A program made the position numbers and the translations under genes. The notes under the pieces are model-generated. The model saw only the letters and a program-made list of their open reading frames with translations. It made no database searches and was not told the origin of the DNA. A stretch of 63,941 bases of DNA, filler included, from Collodictyon triciliatum (taxonomy: Eukaryota), in NCBI GenBank assembly GCA_043381765.1. It is 7 parts of 7 records of this genome, joined end to end, with 100 filler letters (N's around TTAATTAATTAA, not from the genome) between each part and the next. Parts side by side here need not be neighbours in the genome. Positions count along the whole stretch, not along the records: positions 12,546 to 22,693 come from JBHJMP010000047.1; positions 22,794 to 30,382 come from JBHJMP010000049.1; 5 more parts are not named here. The stretch is one strand, 5' to 3'. Below are positions 13,223-26,800 of this stretch, in pieces (the first letter of the stretch is position 1; every line of letters starts with the position of its first letter).

Positions 13223-13253
<31 letters not shown>

Positions 13254-15834
13254 CAAAACAAAACAAAACAAAACAAAACAGAACAAAAAACAAAACAAAA
13301 CAGAACAAAAAACAAAACAGAACAGAACAAAAAACAAAACAGAACAAAAAACAAAACAGAACAAAAAAACAAACAAAACAAAACAAAACAAAAAACAAAA
13401 AACAAAAAACAAAACAAAAACGAAGAAAATGAAAGGGTAAATACATCATTAGTTGACTTCTATTTCAGATGGAAGTATAAACACTATTTTCTTGATTTCT
13501 TGAAAAATATGAAAGAACAAGTTGGGAATCCAGGTAAGATGCTAGTTGATTCGCATACCCGATCACAGAGACAGAAACACCTTGAGCTTTTGCTGTTTCG
13601 CCCAACTATGAGGCGTCGTGAGACAAAGAATTATATTTGAAAGAGTATTTTTTTTTTTACAAACGTGAAGCAAAAAAAACAAAAACAAAAACAAAAAACA
13701 AAAAACAAAAACAAAAAACCGTGGGTATATGACTACCTGCTCATAATATTGCAGAGCTTCTTCGCTGGCTTTCTTGTTCTCAACAGAGCCCAATCCAACA
13801 TTTGCAAGACCGTCAGTACTACATCATCAGTAGTAAATAAAGAGGAAGGGAATCGCCAACTTATCAATTTACACAGAGTGCGAACTTCGTTTACAATTTT
13901 TTTCATAAACATAAATATGGTCATATTTCGTACCACACAATTAATCTGGAGCGGGGCTTTTGGGAGGCTATTCCTAATCCAACAACAACAGCTGGGCCGA
14001 GGGCGGTTGGGCCTGTCATTTTTTTTTAATTAAAAAAGGGGCCTTGAATTTTCGGATATTACGGGCTTATTCGTTCCATTTGGAGCTCTTTTCGATGGTT
14101 ATGGATTACCTTGTTCTTGGAGATCAAAGAGCTTTTTCGACAGAGCGTCGCGCGTTTCGCTAATTGGTTTCTGGAGCTGATACTGCTTACCAAAGTTTAG
14201 CAAGTCCTCCTGGTCATTCAGTCGAGTGCCCGATATCACTGCTGTCTCGGTGGTTCCGTCCCCAACGATGTTAACATCAGAGGAAAACGTGACTAGCCGC
14301 ACATTCAAGAGTTATAGTTAGTCTCTAATGAATGAAATAGTACATATGTCTTCTCTTCTCTTTCAGGACAAACCAAGGGCAACGTGGCTGTTGGGCTCAT
14401 TCTTGGCCAGCTCCTGAAGTTGAGAATCTATACCAGCCTGGACGCACTGTAGTCGGGACACGTACGTGACATTCCGACTCTGCCCTGGATAATACCTGCA
14501 AATTGTATATACCAGTATTGTGCCTCAGTAGGCATTAAGGAAACATAACAAAGAGTTTTATCAAGAATGAATGAATGAATGATCTTACTGTGCTGCGCCG
14601 GGTTCGATGAAAGACGGGTCGATGCGAGTGCCACCTTTGAGCTTGAGCTTTCCGGGGACTTCGGTAGTAACGCACTATTCAATAATTGCACATAATTGAG
14701 GGCTTATTCAAATTATCTGTATTTATCGAGTTATGACTAGTCTTCAGTTTGCTGTAATCGAGTAATTTTATATACCATCGAGCCGCTAATATCTGTATAG
14801 AAAGAAAGTAAGTTAAATACGATAATACGATTGGGGATTATTTATTCGATTGTGAAGTAACACAACGCACCGGTGCAGAATACAATATTGGGTGCTCCTT
14901 CCATGACCTCTGCGAGTGCCGCAGGTTCGATAATGTAGTCAAGCGAGTCTTCGGTGGGAACCTCTTCATCCATGATGTCAAGCTCGTTTGTGTTTTCACA
15001 AAACTCGCAGACCCATATCTAAGGCCGTGAAATGATGGACACAAAATAATTAATCCATGTCCTGATTTTTACATTTTCCTTTCGAAGATCAATACACGAA
15101 AATAAGAAGCAACAAACTCTGCGAGACGGATTCTCATCTGTTGGTGTCTTTTCTGTCTTGCTGTGTGCCGAAAGAACGGCGCTGCACTTCGTGCATGTGG
15201 TTGCATCACCCGTGGCAAAAGACACATCATCGCCCAAGGATCCCAGCTTCACTAGGAACACGTTTGGAACTGATTTCTTGAAAACCACGCGTTTCTGGAG
15301 TAAAGAGAACGAATTATCCATATAGTAATTTATCAAATATTTGTCCTAAACAGCCTCATATATGCGAATATATGAGTGTTATCTTCCTCTCCAAAAATAA
15401 AGATAAAAAGAAAAAGGAGAACTTCTGAGGGTAGTGAAAGTCTGAATGGATGACATATCTGCCAGACTTAGAACGCACCTTTTCTTTGGCAGGCTTTGCG
15501 GCTCTATGGGCTGGTGGAGCTGACTCGATTGATGTGGGCAAATCAGTGACATGTTCGTCTGTGGCTGCACTCCCAGCTCTTTGCCGCTCAATCTCCGTAT
15601 TAAGGCGTTCCATCATCGGTGGGCCGCCGCGTTCTCTGGGAGACCGAGATCTTCGACGTGGCTCGGCAGGTGCAGGTGCAGGCGCCGCTGAACTTGATCC
15701 AAAAATCCGACCAAAGAAGCCTGTGACATACAAAAAAGTTTCAGGGCTAGAACAAAGAAGTACACAACTGGAGCAGATAGGCTTGAAGACAAAGTGGAGG
15801 CATACAAACCTGGCCCGCTTGCTGAGCTTCTCAT
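12672..15834 (-). CDS. Sec23/24-type zinc-finger plus vWA protein (CPRas-like, no Ras domain), 3' truncated
   Basis: ATG at 15834 (MRSSASGPGFFGRIF). Zinc finger CTKC...WVCEFC. vWA MIDAS IVFCTDISGSM (via a 17-nt microexon), YVSRLQCVQA, GPTALGPA, CTDGLANVGLG, LADVTGG, ATSVNVK. Confidence 0.85.
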
Positions 15835-16127
15835 GGGTGGGGCGCTCGCAGCGCTTAGAGTTGGTGCAGCTGCAGCTGTTGTTTGTGGTGGGTAGTGGCT
15901 CTGAGCCCTCAGCGGAGAAGTCAGTTCCTCTAATGGAGAGAGCGGAGTAGTAATAGAATAAAAAGGTGGAACGATGGGAGAAAAGAAGAAGGGATCCTAT
16001 GAATGTTTCGTTAAAAATACAAGAGACAGTCACGGCGACACGTGCCAATGTACTGCCTGGTCAGGATCATGACAAGTCTTGTGCTTCTTCTGTTTCGTTG
16101 GGAGAGATAAACGAACGCGCAGAACCG

Positions 16128-16480
16128 AAAAACATACAAAAAACATACAAAAAACATACAAAAAACATACAAAAAACATACAAAAAACATACAAAAAACA
16201 TACAAAAAACATACAAAAAACATACANNNNNNNNNNNNNNNNNNNNNNNNNNNNNNNNNNNNNNNNNNNNNNNNNNNNNNNNNNNNNNNNNNNNNNNNNN
16301 NNNNNNNNNNNNNNNNNNNNNNNNNNATACAAAAAAACATACAAAAAAACATACAAAAAAACATACAAAAAAACATACAAAAAAACATACAAAAAAACAT
16401 ACAAAAAACATACAAAAAAACATACAAAAAAACATACAAAAAACATACAAAAAACATACAAAAACATACGAAAAACATAC
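16128..16480. repeat. (AAAAACATAC)n minisatellite with an N gap
   Basis: Directly visible. Confidence 0.9.
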
Positions 16481-16845
16481 GAAAACCATAAAAAAGAAAA
16501 AAAAGTGGGACGATGTAAGAGGGAGTCTCAACCTTCGTCTGCAGATTCTTCGCCGTCAGAGTAGTTGAGGTACGCAAACTTTGACCCAAACTCCATTCCC
16601 TGTCGCCTTAGTTGATGCTTTTGTGCTCTTTTAGTCTTTACTCGGTGTGATAAATAAAAGAAGATTAACAATTAAAAATTAAAAGAAAGAAAAAGTAGTG
16701 TGAGTCGAAAGAAAGCCATTATCTCAGTAACCACACAAGGCTTGGGCGAAGGAGTCTATGTTTGCCAACAGTGTTGGTGATGATCTTGATTCACTCGCTT
16801 GTTGCTTTCGTCTGTATTTATCCGCATTCGCCTGCGATCACACCT

Positions 16846-19775
16846 GCGATTCTGATTTCCAGCGCGACTCGATTATGTGTGAATACCTTTCCCACGCGGT
16901 TAAGTCGGAACGAGTTATGTTCGCCAATCTTATATGTCGCCTCAATCGAACTGTTGCACCATCACGTTCATTTTCCGCGAAAGTTTCTAAATAGTGTTTC
17001 GGAGATGGTATCAGCCTTATAAGGATTGATGGTGAGTTTGTTTATTATCGAAAATTTTTCGGAGGGATGTGGGAATGTGGGTCGAAGGGAATGCCGCTTC
17101 GGTTTGTTGTCCACAACTTTATGATACCATTGAAAATATACGGTATATTTTTCCTTCTTAGTCTTTTGATGGGCTGTCCGCTGGGGGTTCTTGCTGTGAT
17201 GGACCACCCTTGTCGTTTCGTGAATATGTTTTAGAAGCGATGATTATGTCATGTCATACGGATAATATTCTAGGGTCAATCAAGGCATCTGAAAATTTCA
17301 ATTAGATGCACACAAGTTCCGCAAGAGAGTCAAAGTACTCTACCTCGTCTGTGGCATTTACATGGAGGCTTGGACAGGCATCTTGTTGATTTGGAATTGG
17401 CGCTGGAGGTGGATTTGTCGGGGATACCACAGGAGCCTGATTATTTTTTTTTTTTTTTGCATACGGAATATATAAGAGCTTTTACCAATAGCACGTATTA
17501 TTAGATATGAAAATCTCTAACCTAAAAGGCACTTGAGGCGTATATGACACTAAAAGAATGGGCAAGGCAAAACATTTAATTCGAAAGAATGAAGCAAACG
17601 CGATTCTGTGGATGTTTCCTTGCCGTAGACGGCCTCTCGGTGGGTGGCGTGAATATGATTCCAAGAGGAACTGCAAGCAGGAATACAATACCAGCAAATC
17701 CCAGTGGGTCGCTCATCGAGTATTCAAAAGCCTTACTGAGTAAAGCCCGGGTGTTGAAGGAGCTGCTTCCCTGTGAGAAATATTCTCATGAATTCCGGAA
17801 TGGAGTTTTTCAGACTGTTTCATATAAATGTGGACGTTGTCGTGGATGCGAAAAATATAGAAGGGGTTCTCCTGAGGAATGCTCGTACATCAGGCGTGAC
17901 ATTGGCCGACTGGTTTGATTGTAATTCTTGTTTTGCTTTGAAAGTGTGATTCGCAAAGAATGACGCATCATCCATGTTGTCCCCTAGGTAGATGTTGTCG
18001 AAAGATATACCTAAGAAGAATATAATGAATCTAAGTGAAGCGATATATATGGTTACATGTACCGCTCCATAGCAATTCCGTAATAGTACGAAAATCAGAG
18101 TTACCAGAATTCACAGTCCAAATCTCAAATCCTATGGCATGTATTGATTCGAAATGGGATGGGTGCGTGTCGTTGAAGAACTTTGGGTTTGGTATCAGTC
18201 GTGGTTTCCACTCCCCTATGTAGGCAGGATTGTCGATTAATGGCCAGGTCCATTCACCTTTGTATTCGGGGTTAGGTTTTGTGGGTTGAATCCATGGGCC
18301 ACATCTGCCATTTTCGCACAGCGGATTCGGTATCATAGGCGGTGCCCAGTTGAGGGATTCACTCTCCTCAAGATTTTCAGGCTTTTGTGCATTAGGGTCA
18401 GGAATGGACGCTGGAATGCTTTCGTCCCAGTCATCGGGCATGACAGCATCCTCATCTGGTATGAACTGCGGATAAATATCATCCCAGCTGGCAGGTTTCT
18501 CCACAGACATGTCTGGGATTTTGGGCTCATCGACCCAGTTCGATGGTTTCGTGTCATTTTCGTCAGAAATATGCTCAGGGGGGTTCACTGACGGCGAGAA
18601 ATCTGTCAAGAGATTCCCACTTCGTACCCTTTCTTGGTCAATATAAATGTCAAAGTCATTATCCGGTTTTACATGCAGACTGTATAGGTGTGTTTTTTGG
18701 TCTGTCTTTATCTTGGGAGAGTTCACCATGTGTTTTTCTTGCCATTCTTTGGTTATTGGGCTTCGGTGACGAAAAACAAAGTGAACCTACACATTGAGAA
18801 CCGATTTTTTCTTAAAAGATTGGATAATGGTATTGGGGGCAAATACTTGACACAATTATGCACGAAAGGAAAAGATATTATTCTCCTCACCTTGTTTTCA
18901 TTTCCGCACTTATCTGGCCCAAACATGATGATATACGGAGTTTTTTCGTTGAAATCCGGCAATTCGTCATTTGATTTATCTGACATGAGCTTCAAGTACG
19001 CTCCTCCACAGCTAATTTTCTCCAAGAATGAGACTTCGTACTGAATAAACAACCCCTTTTGAAAGGACAATAAAGTTCTCGTAAATTGTTTTTGTGTGAG
19101 TCCCTTTTGAACAAAAAACACAATCACTACATAGAGCATATTCATACGTGACCATGCCTTCCAATACATACCTTCTCCTTGGGGAAAAATGGCTTGTCTA
19201 GGCTATGGTATATCCCATGAAACATGGATTCGTTACGAGCAACCAAATGTCTATCTCCTTTGAATACTTTTACAGACACTGGTTCATCACATGTGAATTG
19301 CCCAGTGTATTTGCTATTTGAAGAAGGGGTCCACCTCCTTGCCCAATCTTCATCCTGGAAAGTTTCAACAAAATGACTATCGACACCTGTGGGAGCCACA
19401 AAAGCTGCAATATCCTGCTGTGTATGTAAAGAAAAAAAAAGAGATGTCATTCAACTATACAATATATGCATGAGAACAATTAGAATACAAGATGACAAGG
19501 AGGGAAAAAGATAGCGCCATAGCCGCTTGATTCTTTCCAAGGAAACCTGGTGCATAGAACAAGAGTATGCAAGACAGATGTTTGGTTGGCTTTCTTTTTT
19601 TAAACCCTGATATTGTCGAAAAAGATCGCAATCATGTAGAAAGAGAGGGAAGCGTGTGTTGTCTTACAGAAAGGGAATCGTCAAGCGGGTGCTGCTCTGT
19701 GTCCTCATCTAGACAAGAAGCGATCTCCACCAACACGAAAGCAACCACAAACAGAACAAGGCATCTCCTTTTCAT
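16846..19775 (-). CDS. CANX: Calnexin
   Basis: Signal peptide MKRRCLVLFVVAF; CGGAYLKL; PYIIMFGPDKCG; P-domain repeats IPDPNAQKPE and GEWKPRLIPNP; IGFEIW; TM segment GFAGIVFLLAVPLGII. The last exons are approximate. Confidence 0.92.
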
Positions 19776-20154
19776 CGCGCTCGCAGAGAACAAGGGTTTG
19801 GAGTCTAGCAGTCTAGCAGTCTGAAGGTCAAAGCAAAGCGTGAGACAAAAAAATGAGAGAGAGAGAGAGAGAAAAAAAAAGGGAAAGGGATAAAAGAACA
19901 AGCAGAATCCAGGCGAGTTAGACATCCATATGGTTATTTGTGAAGAAAGGCTCCATCTGTAGACCAAGAACAAAGTAGAGAAGGTAATAAAAAAAATAAA
20001 AAAAAAAATAAAGACTACCAATTGAACTGCAGAAGTGTGGAGGGTGTGGGCTCATACAGCATTTATCAGAGAACTGGTGTATAACATGGGAGGCGGCTGG
20101 GAAGGCATGGGTACAAGATAGAGAGAAGCTTTTCATTCTTTGTCTGGAGAGAGG

Positions 20155-20798
20155 TCAGAAGGAGACTGTTATCTGGAACGCCTTTTTGAAGCGCGCAGCC
20201 TCGGCTTCCCTGATAATAAACTCGAGGTCGGCAGCAGAAAGCGGGCCGGTGTAGTTTAGTGTCTCCTCTTGGTTGGCCATTCTGAAGACAAGCGGGTTGC
20301 CTCGCCAGTAGATGAGCAGCGCCGGGACACCGACCAAGAGTCTGCGCTCCACGCAAAAGTCCCACGCTTGGTCTTGATCCACAAAGAGAAACACAATCGA
20401 CTGGTATCGCGGGTCGCTGGCCAGCTGGGCCACTGTCTGCTGCCTACATCGAGTGATTATTCTCTCTTTTGCCTTTGGCTCTACTGCTGCTCTCTTCCTT
20501 CTCGAAGGATAAGGCGTCTCCATCCTTCTGGCCAGTCTCTCGGCTTCCTTATCGCCAAGCCAGAAAGACGCGCACGGATGATGTAAACAAGGGAGTCATG
20601 GTATCGGATTGTTTTCGGTAGGGCTGGCGTGAAGGCGCGAGATGGGGATAAGGCAAGAACCTACCTGGAGGCAGCAGGTGGCCACCAAGTTGTACCCATG
20701 AAGAGCACAACGAGCTTGTCTTGCACGCTGGTCACTTGATCTAAGGCGGTGGCGATGCTGATGCGTTCGACCTCGGTGGGCGGCTCTTTGGGCTCCAT
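20155..20798 (-). CDS. Thioredoxin-fold protein lacking CxxC (WWPPA)
   Basis: Two exons: KLVVLFMGTTWWPPAAS|RQQTVAQLA...IVFLFVDQD...GVPALLIYWRG...YTG. The spacing of strands, the VD motif and the cis-Pro VP motif fit the thioredoxin fold. Confidence 0.65.
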
Positions 20799-20853
20799 GG
20801 ATAACTGGGCAAGTGGTGGGTTAGAGTTTGGGCAATCGGCCCAAGTGAAGCGG

Positions 20854-20920
<67 letters not shown>

Positions 20921-21220
20921 AGGCTAGGTTGTGTTGACCAGCAGCGAGTTGAGGATTGGGCTGCAGAATCGATCAGCAACTGCCACTTCTTTCTCTTTGC
21001 TGTTATGACCCTCCAGATTATTAAGAGTGGGTCTCTTTGGCGGAGTGTCTCGGGCAATTGGCGTAAAATGGCGGCTTTGGCGGGTATGGGGATACGCAGT
21101 GGTAAAATATCAAGGAAGGAAGAAATGGCCGAGCCCGAACCATTTTACTTCAGCCCGCTCGCTCACACATTCAAAAGAAGTTGTTTGGTCGATTAAAACC
21201 AAGTGACGAATTCTGTTGTA

Positions 21221-22220
21221 TCATTCAAGGTTGTATTCAGGGCTCCAATATTCCACTACTGATATTAGACCTTTTTAATCATTTTATTAGGTCGCTATAT
21301 CCCTTATGTTTTCAACGGCATTGGAAATGGGTGTTCTATATTTATTGCCACTAGCACACTCTTTAATGCCATTCGGAAATGGATGGTCGACCAGACGATT
21401 ATACCTGCCCTTTGGTCAGCCCCGAACACAACCATTCTCCACTATTCTGGTAACAGGCGATAATAATAATGANNNNNNNNNNNNNNNNNNNNNNNNNNNN
21501 NNNNNNNNNNNNNNNNNNNNNNNNNNNNNNNNNNNNNNNNNNNNNNNNNNNNNNNNNNNNNNNNNNNNNNNTAATAATAAATTAGAATACATTCACCTTC
21601 ACCAAGCGAGTACTCAGCCTTCTCAAATCCTTCTCAGTAATCCTTCTCACGTGCCCTGCGTGGCTTGTAGCACTACCTGGCGAGCGAATCCTGCGCAACT
21701 GAACATCCCCTCCGTGTGAATCTAGCGAACCCATATCAGAGCCGTCATGAAAGAAGGACATGTTGCGACGCAATCTACTCAGGAACTGGGCCGGAGAATA
21801 CCCAATAATACCCGCTCCCGATGCTGTGTCCGTCTCTGCGGTGAGACTTGGATTCAAGCTTGCGTTTGTGTTTGCACGCTGATTCGGTCGCAGCTGAGTC
21901 GACTGACGCAGGCCTGAGTGCCGAACAGCCGCAGAGAAACGCGGACTGCGAAGCGTGTTGGAAACGGGTGGTGTTGTGGACTCAGTCTTGGACTCTTCCG
22001 TTTGCGTGGCTGCAGCTGATGTGGACAAGGACTCGCTCAACGACTGCGACTCTGCGGGCGACTGCGGTGATGGCGTGTGGGTCTGATCGGCGTGATCGCA
22101 GGCGGGTTCGTAGTCAGTGATGATAAAGTCCCGCAACCGTGATTTGGGATGTGGAATACTCGCGCTGAGGCTGGAGTTTGAGTCTGAACGCTGCAGCGGA
22201 TGCGTGTTGGGACTTTCCAT
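21221..22220 (-). CDS. Hypothetical Ser/Thr-rich protein, interrupted by an N gap
   Basis: First exon of about 200 codons ending at a GT donor near 21595, plus plausible small downstream exons (IVENGCVRADQRA|VVEYWSPEYNLE*). Confidence 0.5.
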
Positions 22221-22793
22221 CCGGCTGTTGCGTATTATTGTCTCGTTATCTTTTCTCTTCTTTAATACCTGCCATGTTCCTTTATTTTTTTTTTCGTTGC
22301 GCTGTTTTTTTGAGTGTATTCCGTGGCAGTTTTCTCGACGGTTCGTTATGCCAATTGTTTACGATGAAACGATTCGTGCGTCAAATCCTTGCTTCGTGTT
22401 CAGTGACATTTTTTTATATTTGGCAGCAACTTTATTTGTTTCGAATGTTTGATTTATGGACTAGTTTCAAAACTTTGTTGGTGTGAAGCGGAGATGTATT
22501 TCGCCCTTTGGGGTGAGCGGAAACCAACTGTGGGGGATTGAGTTGGATGAATCAAAGAGACTCGTTTTGTGATTGAGTGTAATATTGAGAGAAAACACAA
22601 GAGGAAAAAAAAAAAAAAAAAAAAGGATGAATTTTTTCTCTCGGGGCAAAAAGAATGCAAAACAAAAAAGAAAAAAAAAAAAAGGAAAAAAAANNNNNNN
22701 NNNNNNNNNNNNNNNNNNNNNNNNNNNNNNNNNNNNNTTAATTAATTAANNNNNNNNNNNNNNNNNNNNNNNNNNNNNNNNNNNNNNNNNNNN

Positions 22794-23473
22794 CTCCAAA
22801 GCGAAGGCTACACAAGAACCAGCGCCCACCAAAGATAGTCCGTTTACCCTTTCCAGCTCGTCGCACCGAGAACCAAGGAGCATGAGCAAACAGCAAAAGT
22901 CGAATCCAAGCTTGGAACATCATACACTAAAGACAGTCCGAACAAGCAGGAGCGTATGTTTCTAAAACCACAAACGCGTATCCATACTCCGGTTAAGCAA
23001 AGTCCACTGCCGGCCGCGCATGGTTTCGAAACCAGAGGACGGTCAAGCGCCACTTCCGATAATTCCAGACAATCAACGATGTATCGCTTTTTATCAGAGT
23101 CGCCCAGCAAGAAACGCAAGGAAAGTGACCCGTTGTCCCCTCAAAAGACTCATCCAGTGGAATGAAATAGGATGTTATCCGTCTGAGATAGACGGTTGAA
23201 AGGACTCGTCGGAATCGATTTGAGAAGTAATTGCTTTGTGCATACTTTCATCGACCCGACATCTTTATCCGCTCTTCTATCAGTCTCGTATACAACAAAA
23301 AATCGCGTTGGAGCTGATTCACGTCGGGTAGAATAGTTTGCATGAGAACACTTTCCCTCCTTTCTATCTTGCTTTTTCTTTTCCTTTCCTTTCCACCCAA
23401 AACACAAAATCTCCAACCACACAATCCGGGGTTTTCCACTGTCTTGTCCACATCTCGTTATTGTCCTAGAGGC
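22794..23473. mobile_element. Dispersed repeat, copy 2 (partial, starts at a scaffold edge)
   Basis: Collinear with 5538-6221. Both copies diverge immediately after TATTGTCCTAGAGGCG. Confidence 0.6.
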
Positions 23474-23813
23474 GGCAGCAAACATACACAGCCCCACACT
23501 TCTCTTTCCAGCGACACACAATGCGAACATATAAAAGAGAATAAATATTTTTACTCAAAAACGAAGCAATCCTTATCGCATCTGAGTGTCAAGCAATTAA
23601 GGCATGGTGATAAATTGAAAAGTCATAAAACAATCATAAAAGGCAACAAACACACAAGCTGGATGTTTATGTCAAGAGAAAACCCAAGCTAAACGCACAA
23701 TCCTGCTTACAAAACTCACACATCACTTGCCATTATATTGACCTTTTTTTTATCTGCCTTCGCTTCTTTTTTTTTTACGCAACCAATAACACATCTTCCC
23801 ACATTACTTTATA

Positions 23814-26800
23814 TCACACACCTGCAGAACCAAGGCGGTTGAGGCGCCCAAATGAGACAACAACCATGCGATTCAGGTGACACAGAAACTCAAAGTAGGA
23901 CATGACAGAATCCTGGCGGTCCTCCACAAGAAGCTCGCGGAAGCCGGACTCGTGCGGTGTCCCCTCGAGGCAATAGCGAATCTGGGTACATAAGTCAGGG
24001 CGAATTATCGATTTTTTCCTGTGTGTTTCTTGTGTTTCTTGTGTTTCTTGTGTTTCTTGTGTTTCTTGTGTTTCTTGTGTTTCTTGTGTTTCTTGTGTTT
24101 CTTGTGTTTCTTGTGTTTCTTNNNNNNNNNNNNNNNNNNNNNNNNNNNNNNNNNNNNNNNNNNNNNNNNNNNNNNNNNNNNNNNNNNNNNNNNNNNNNNN
24201 NNNNNNNNNNNNNNNNNNNNNTTTGTTTGTTTGTTTGTTTGTTTGTTTGTTTGTTTGTTTGTTTGTTTGTTTGTTTGTTTGTTTGTTTGTTTGTTTGTTT
24301 GTTTGTTTGCTTGTTTGTTCACATTGGGTCTAGTGAAGTGATGTGAATGGGGTTGATATTGAGATTGTGCTCCTGCCTCAGTGACAGGCCAGTGCCGCTC
24401 CAAGACTTGGATTGTGTCTCGTAAGTCCGCGTTCTCCTTCGACCCAGTGATTGGCAACTCCGTCTATGATGTAAAAAAAAAAACACATGAACATAAAAGA
24501 AAACCCCCCAAAAAACTGTTCAAAATAATGTGAAAAAATATGCAAACAGATATTGTCAATATTTCACTTGTGTCCAATAATTCAGTTACTAAAGGAATAA
24601 ACCAAAAAAAATTGAGTAAACAAATTTATGCCGTAGAACTGAGCGCATCTTTATTATGTAATATATATGAACACACCGTGACTTCTTGAAGGCTTTCTTT
24701 AGTTTCCACTCCAAACAGCTGCATGATGCGGTCTTGCGGTACATTTTTACCCACCCATATGTACATCGAATCCAAATGGCACAGTATGTATACCTAAGTG
24801 ATTATAACCAAAAAAAAATATTTTGACGTTTTTTAGATGCAATCTTGTGAGATAAAGCTCGAGTAAATAGTGTCCAGAGATATGAACATAGATTAGGGCA
24901 CTTAATAGTTGGCATGAAAATAAGGGCCAAAAAAAAAAGTAAACCTCCTCGGAATTTAATGCCTCCACACTCAAATGCAAAGGTGTTATGGGGAGTTCCT
25001 TCGTAGATATTTGTATAATCATATTTAATGTGGTTGCATTTTGGTATCTATATGATTGTAAGGCACATATCTAAATTTGAGATGAAAGTTTGACTGTTCG
25101 CCTAAAGAACTATTTTGATGAGTCTCGCAACCTTGTATTCTGGGTGCAAACGAAACAAAATGGGATAAGCAAATGTCAAGAAAAAATCCTCTGATTTGGA
25201 ATCCAACTTATCAAGCAGGAGTTTGCCACGAACTTGATGTCCTGTGCCTCGACACAGGGGAGACTATGCCAAATTAAATAAAATAAAACATTTATGTCTT
25301 GCCCATTTTATTTTTATTTATTTATTGAAAATAGGAAACTTCCAAAAGCATGGCTATTCATGACGGAAAATGCATAAAGGAGTATACCTTGATAAGCGAC
25401 AAAATAAACAAAGGCAGAAGTGACAGCGAATTCGGCAATGTGATGCCGTTATTGCGTCTCTAATAGGCAATATATCTATGTCTTAGCTTGATTTGTGGGG
25501 CAAATAGAATACTGCATGGAATAGGGCGAGTGTTTATACATGGGTCGCTATTTTGTAGTATGACACAAGGATATCACAAAGGAGGCGTATAAGGTCTTCT
25601 CGAATAACCCCTGTCACATTCTCATTCGAAGATTCTAAGCCTATTAATTGTGAAGTTGTAGTTGGATATTCATGTTGCATTATAGAATGAAATATATCTC
25701 AAAAATGATAATTTAAGTATGAAATGTATTGACTTGAAAAAAAGTTTTGGAGAAGGGATGTACATTTTCTCATCAGACAATGCGATAGGGCACAGCCATC
25801 CGCTGCTTGGTACAGGTCGGCAGGTGAAGAGACAACACGCATAGCTATATTATGGACACGGATTTTTCGCACTCCCGATGAGCACAAGTACATGAGAGAT
25901 ACCTGCACAGAGCACACTTTGGACTTTGCTTCTGCTTGTGCCAGCTCCATGTCGAAAGCATATGATTTGAATTCATCAGAGCAAACCAAAAGATAAACAC
26001 CTCTGGAATTTGTCGTAAGATTTCCCCTCAGATTTGAAATCTTGTAGTCTAAGAATTGAATGAGGTGTAATTTGAGTAATGGTCTGATCTGTATCATTGT
26101 GCTCATTTTTCAAATCACGCCAAATGTGCTTTTTTTTTCTTTTACTCGCGACTCTTATAAGAGTAGTCATTAAACAAAAAAAAATAAATTATAATCCATA
26201 AATTTGAAGATGTCGATTAAAAAAACTTCTGGTATTCTCTTTCACCTGAGGAGCATTGAATCTTCATTATGCAGTCCATGGCAGTCAAGCGCCGAAGAGA
26301 GGCAAATATTTGTCGAGAGAGACTTTCCGTGTAGTTGACACAGTTGAAACTTGGAAAACGATGAATGTCTCCACCAGTTTTCTTTGCCAGGATTTCTTTA
26401 AAATATACACAGTGAATGATTTAGATATTGAGCAAAGTAAATCTCAGTGATACAATGAATGTTTTCAAAATGAACATATGGTTGATTTTGATTTTTAATA
26501 AAATGTGGAAATTCATATTTATTGTGGTGTATGAAATATTGTTGTTACAAAAAAACCTAGGTGAGTTGCGCGGATAGATTGAGAATCCAATCGGAAGAGA
26601 TTCACGGATATAAAGGACGAGGCAAATATTGGAACAAGTTTCTCATAGTATTCCCGATTGAACTCAAATGTTTTTGATTCCTTAGATAAAATTAACATAA
26701 AAATTGAGTTTTCTACGAATAGTTCCCCAAAACTAAACAGTAAAATGATGATGATAATATCCATGTAAGAAATAGCATCTTTAAAGGGCATACATCGGCC

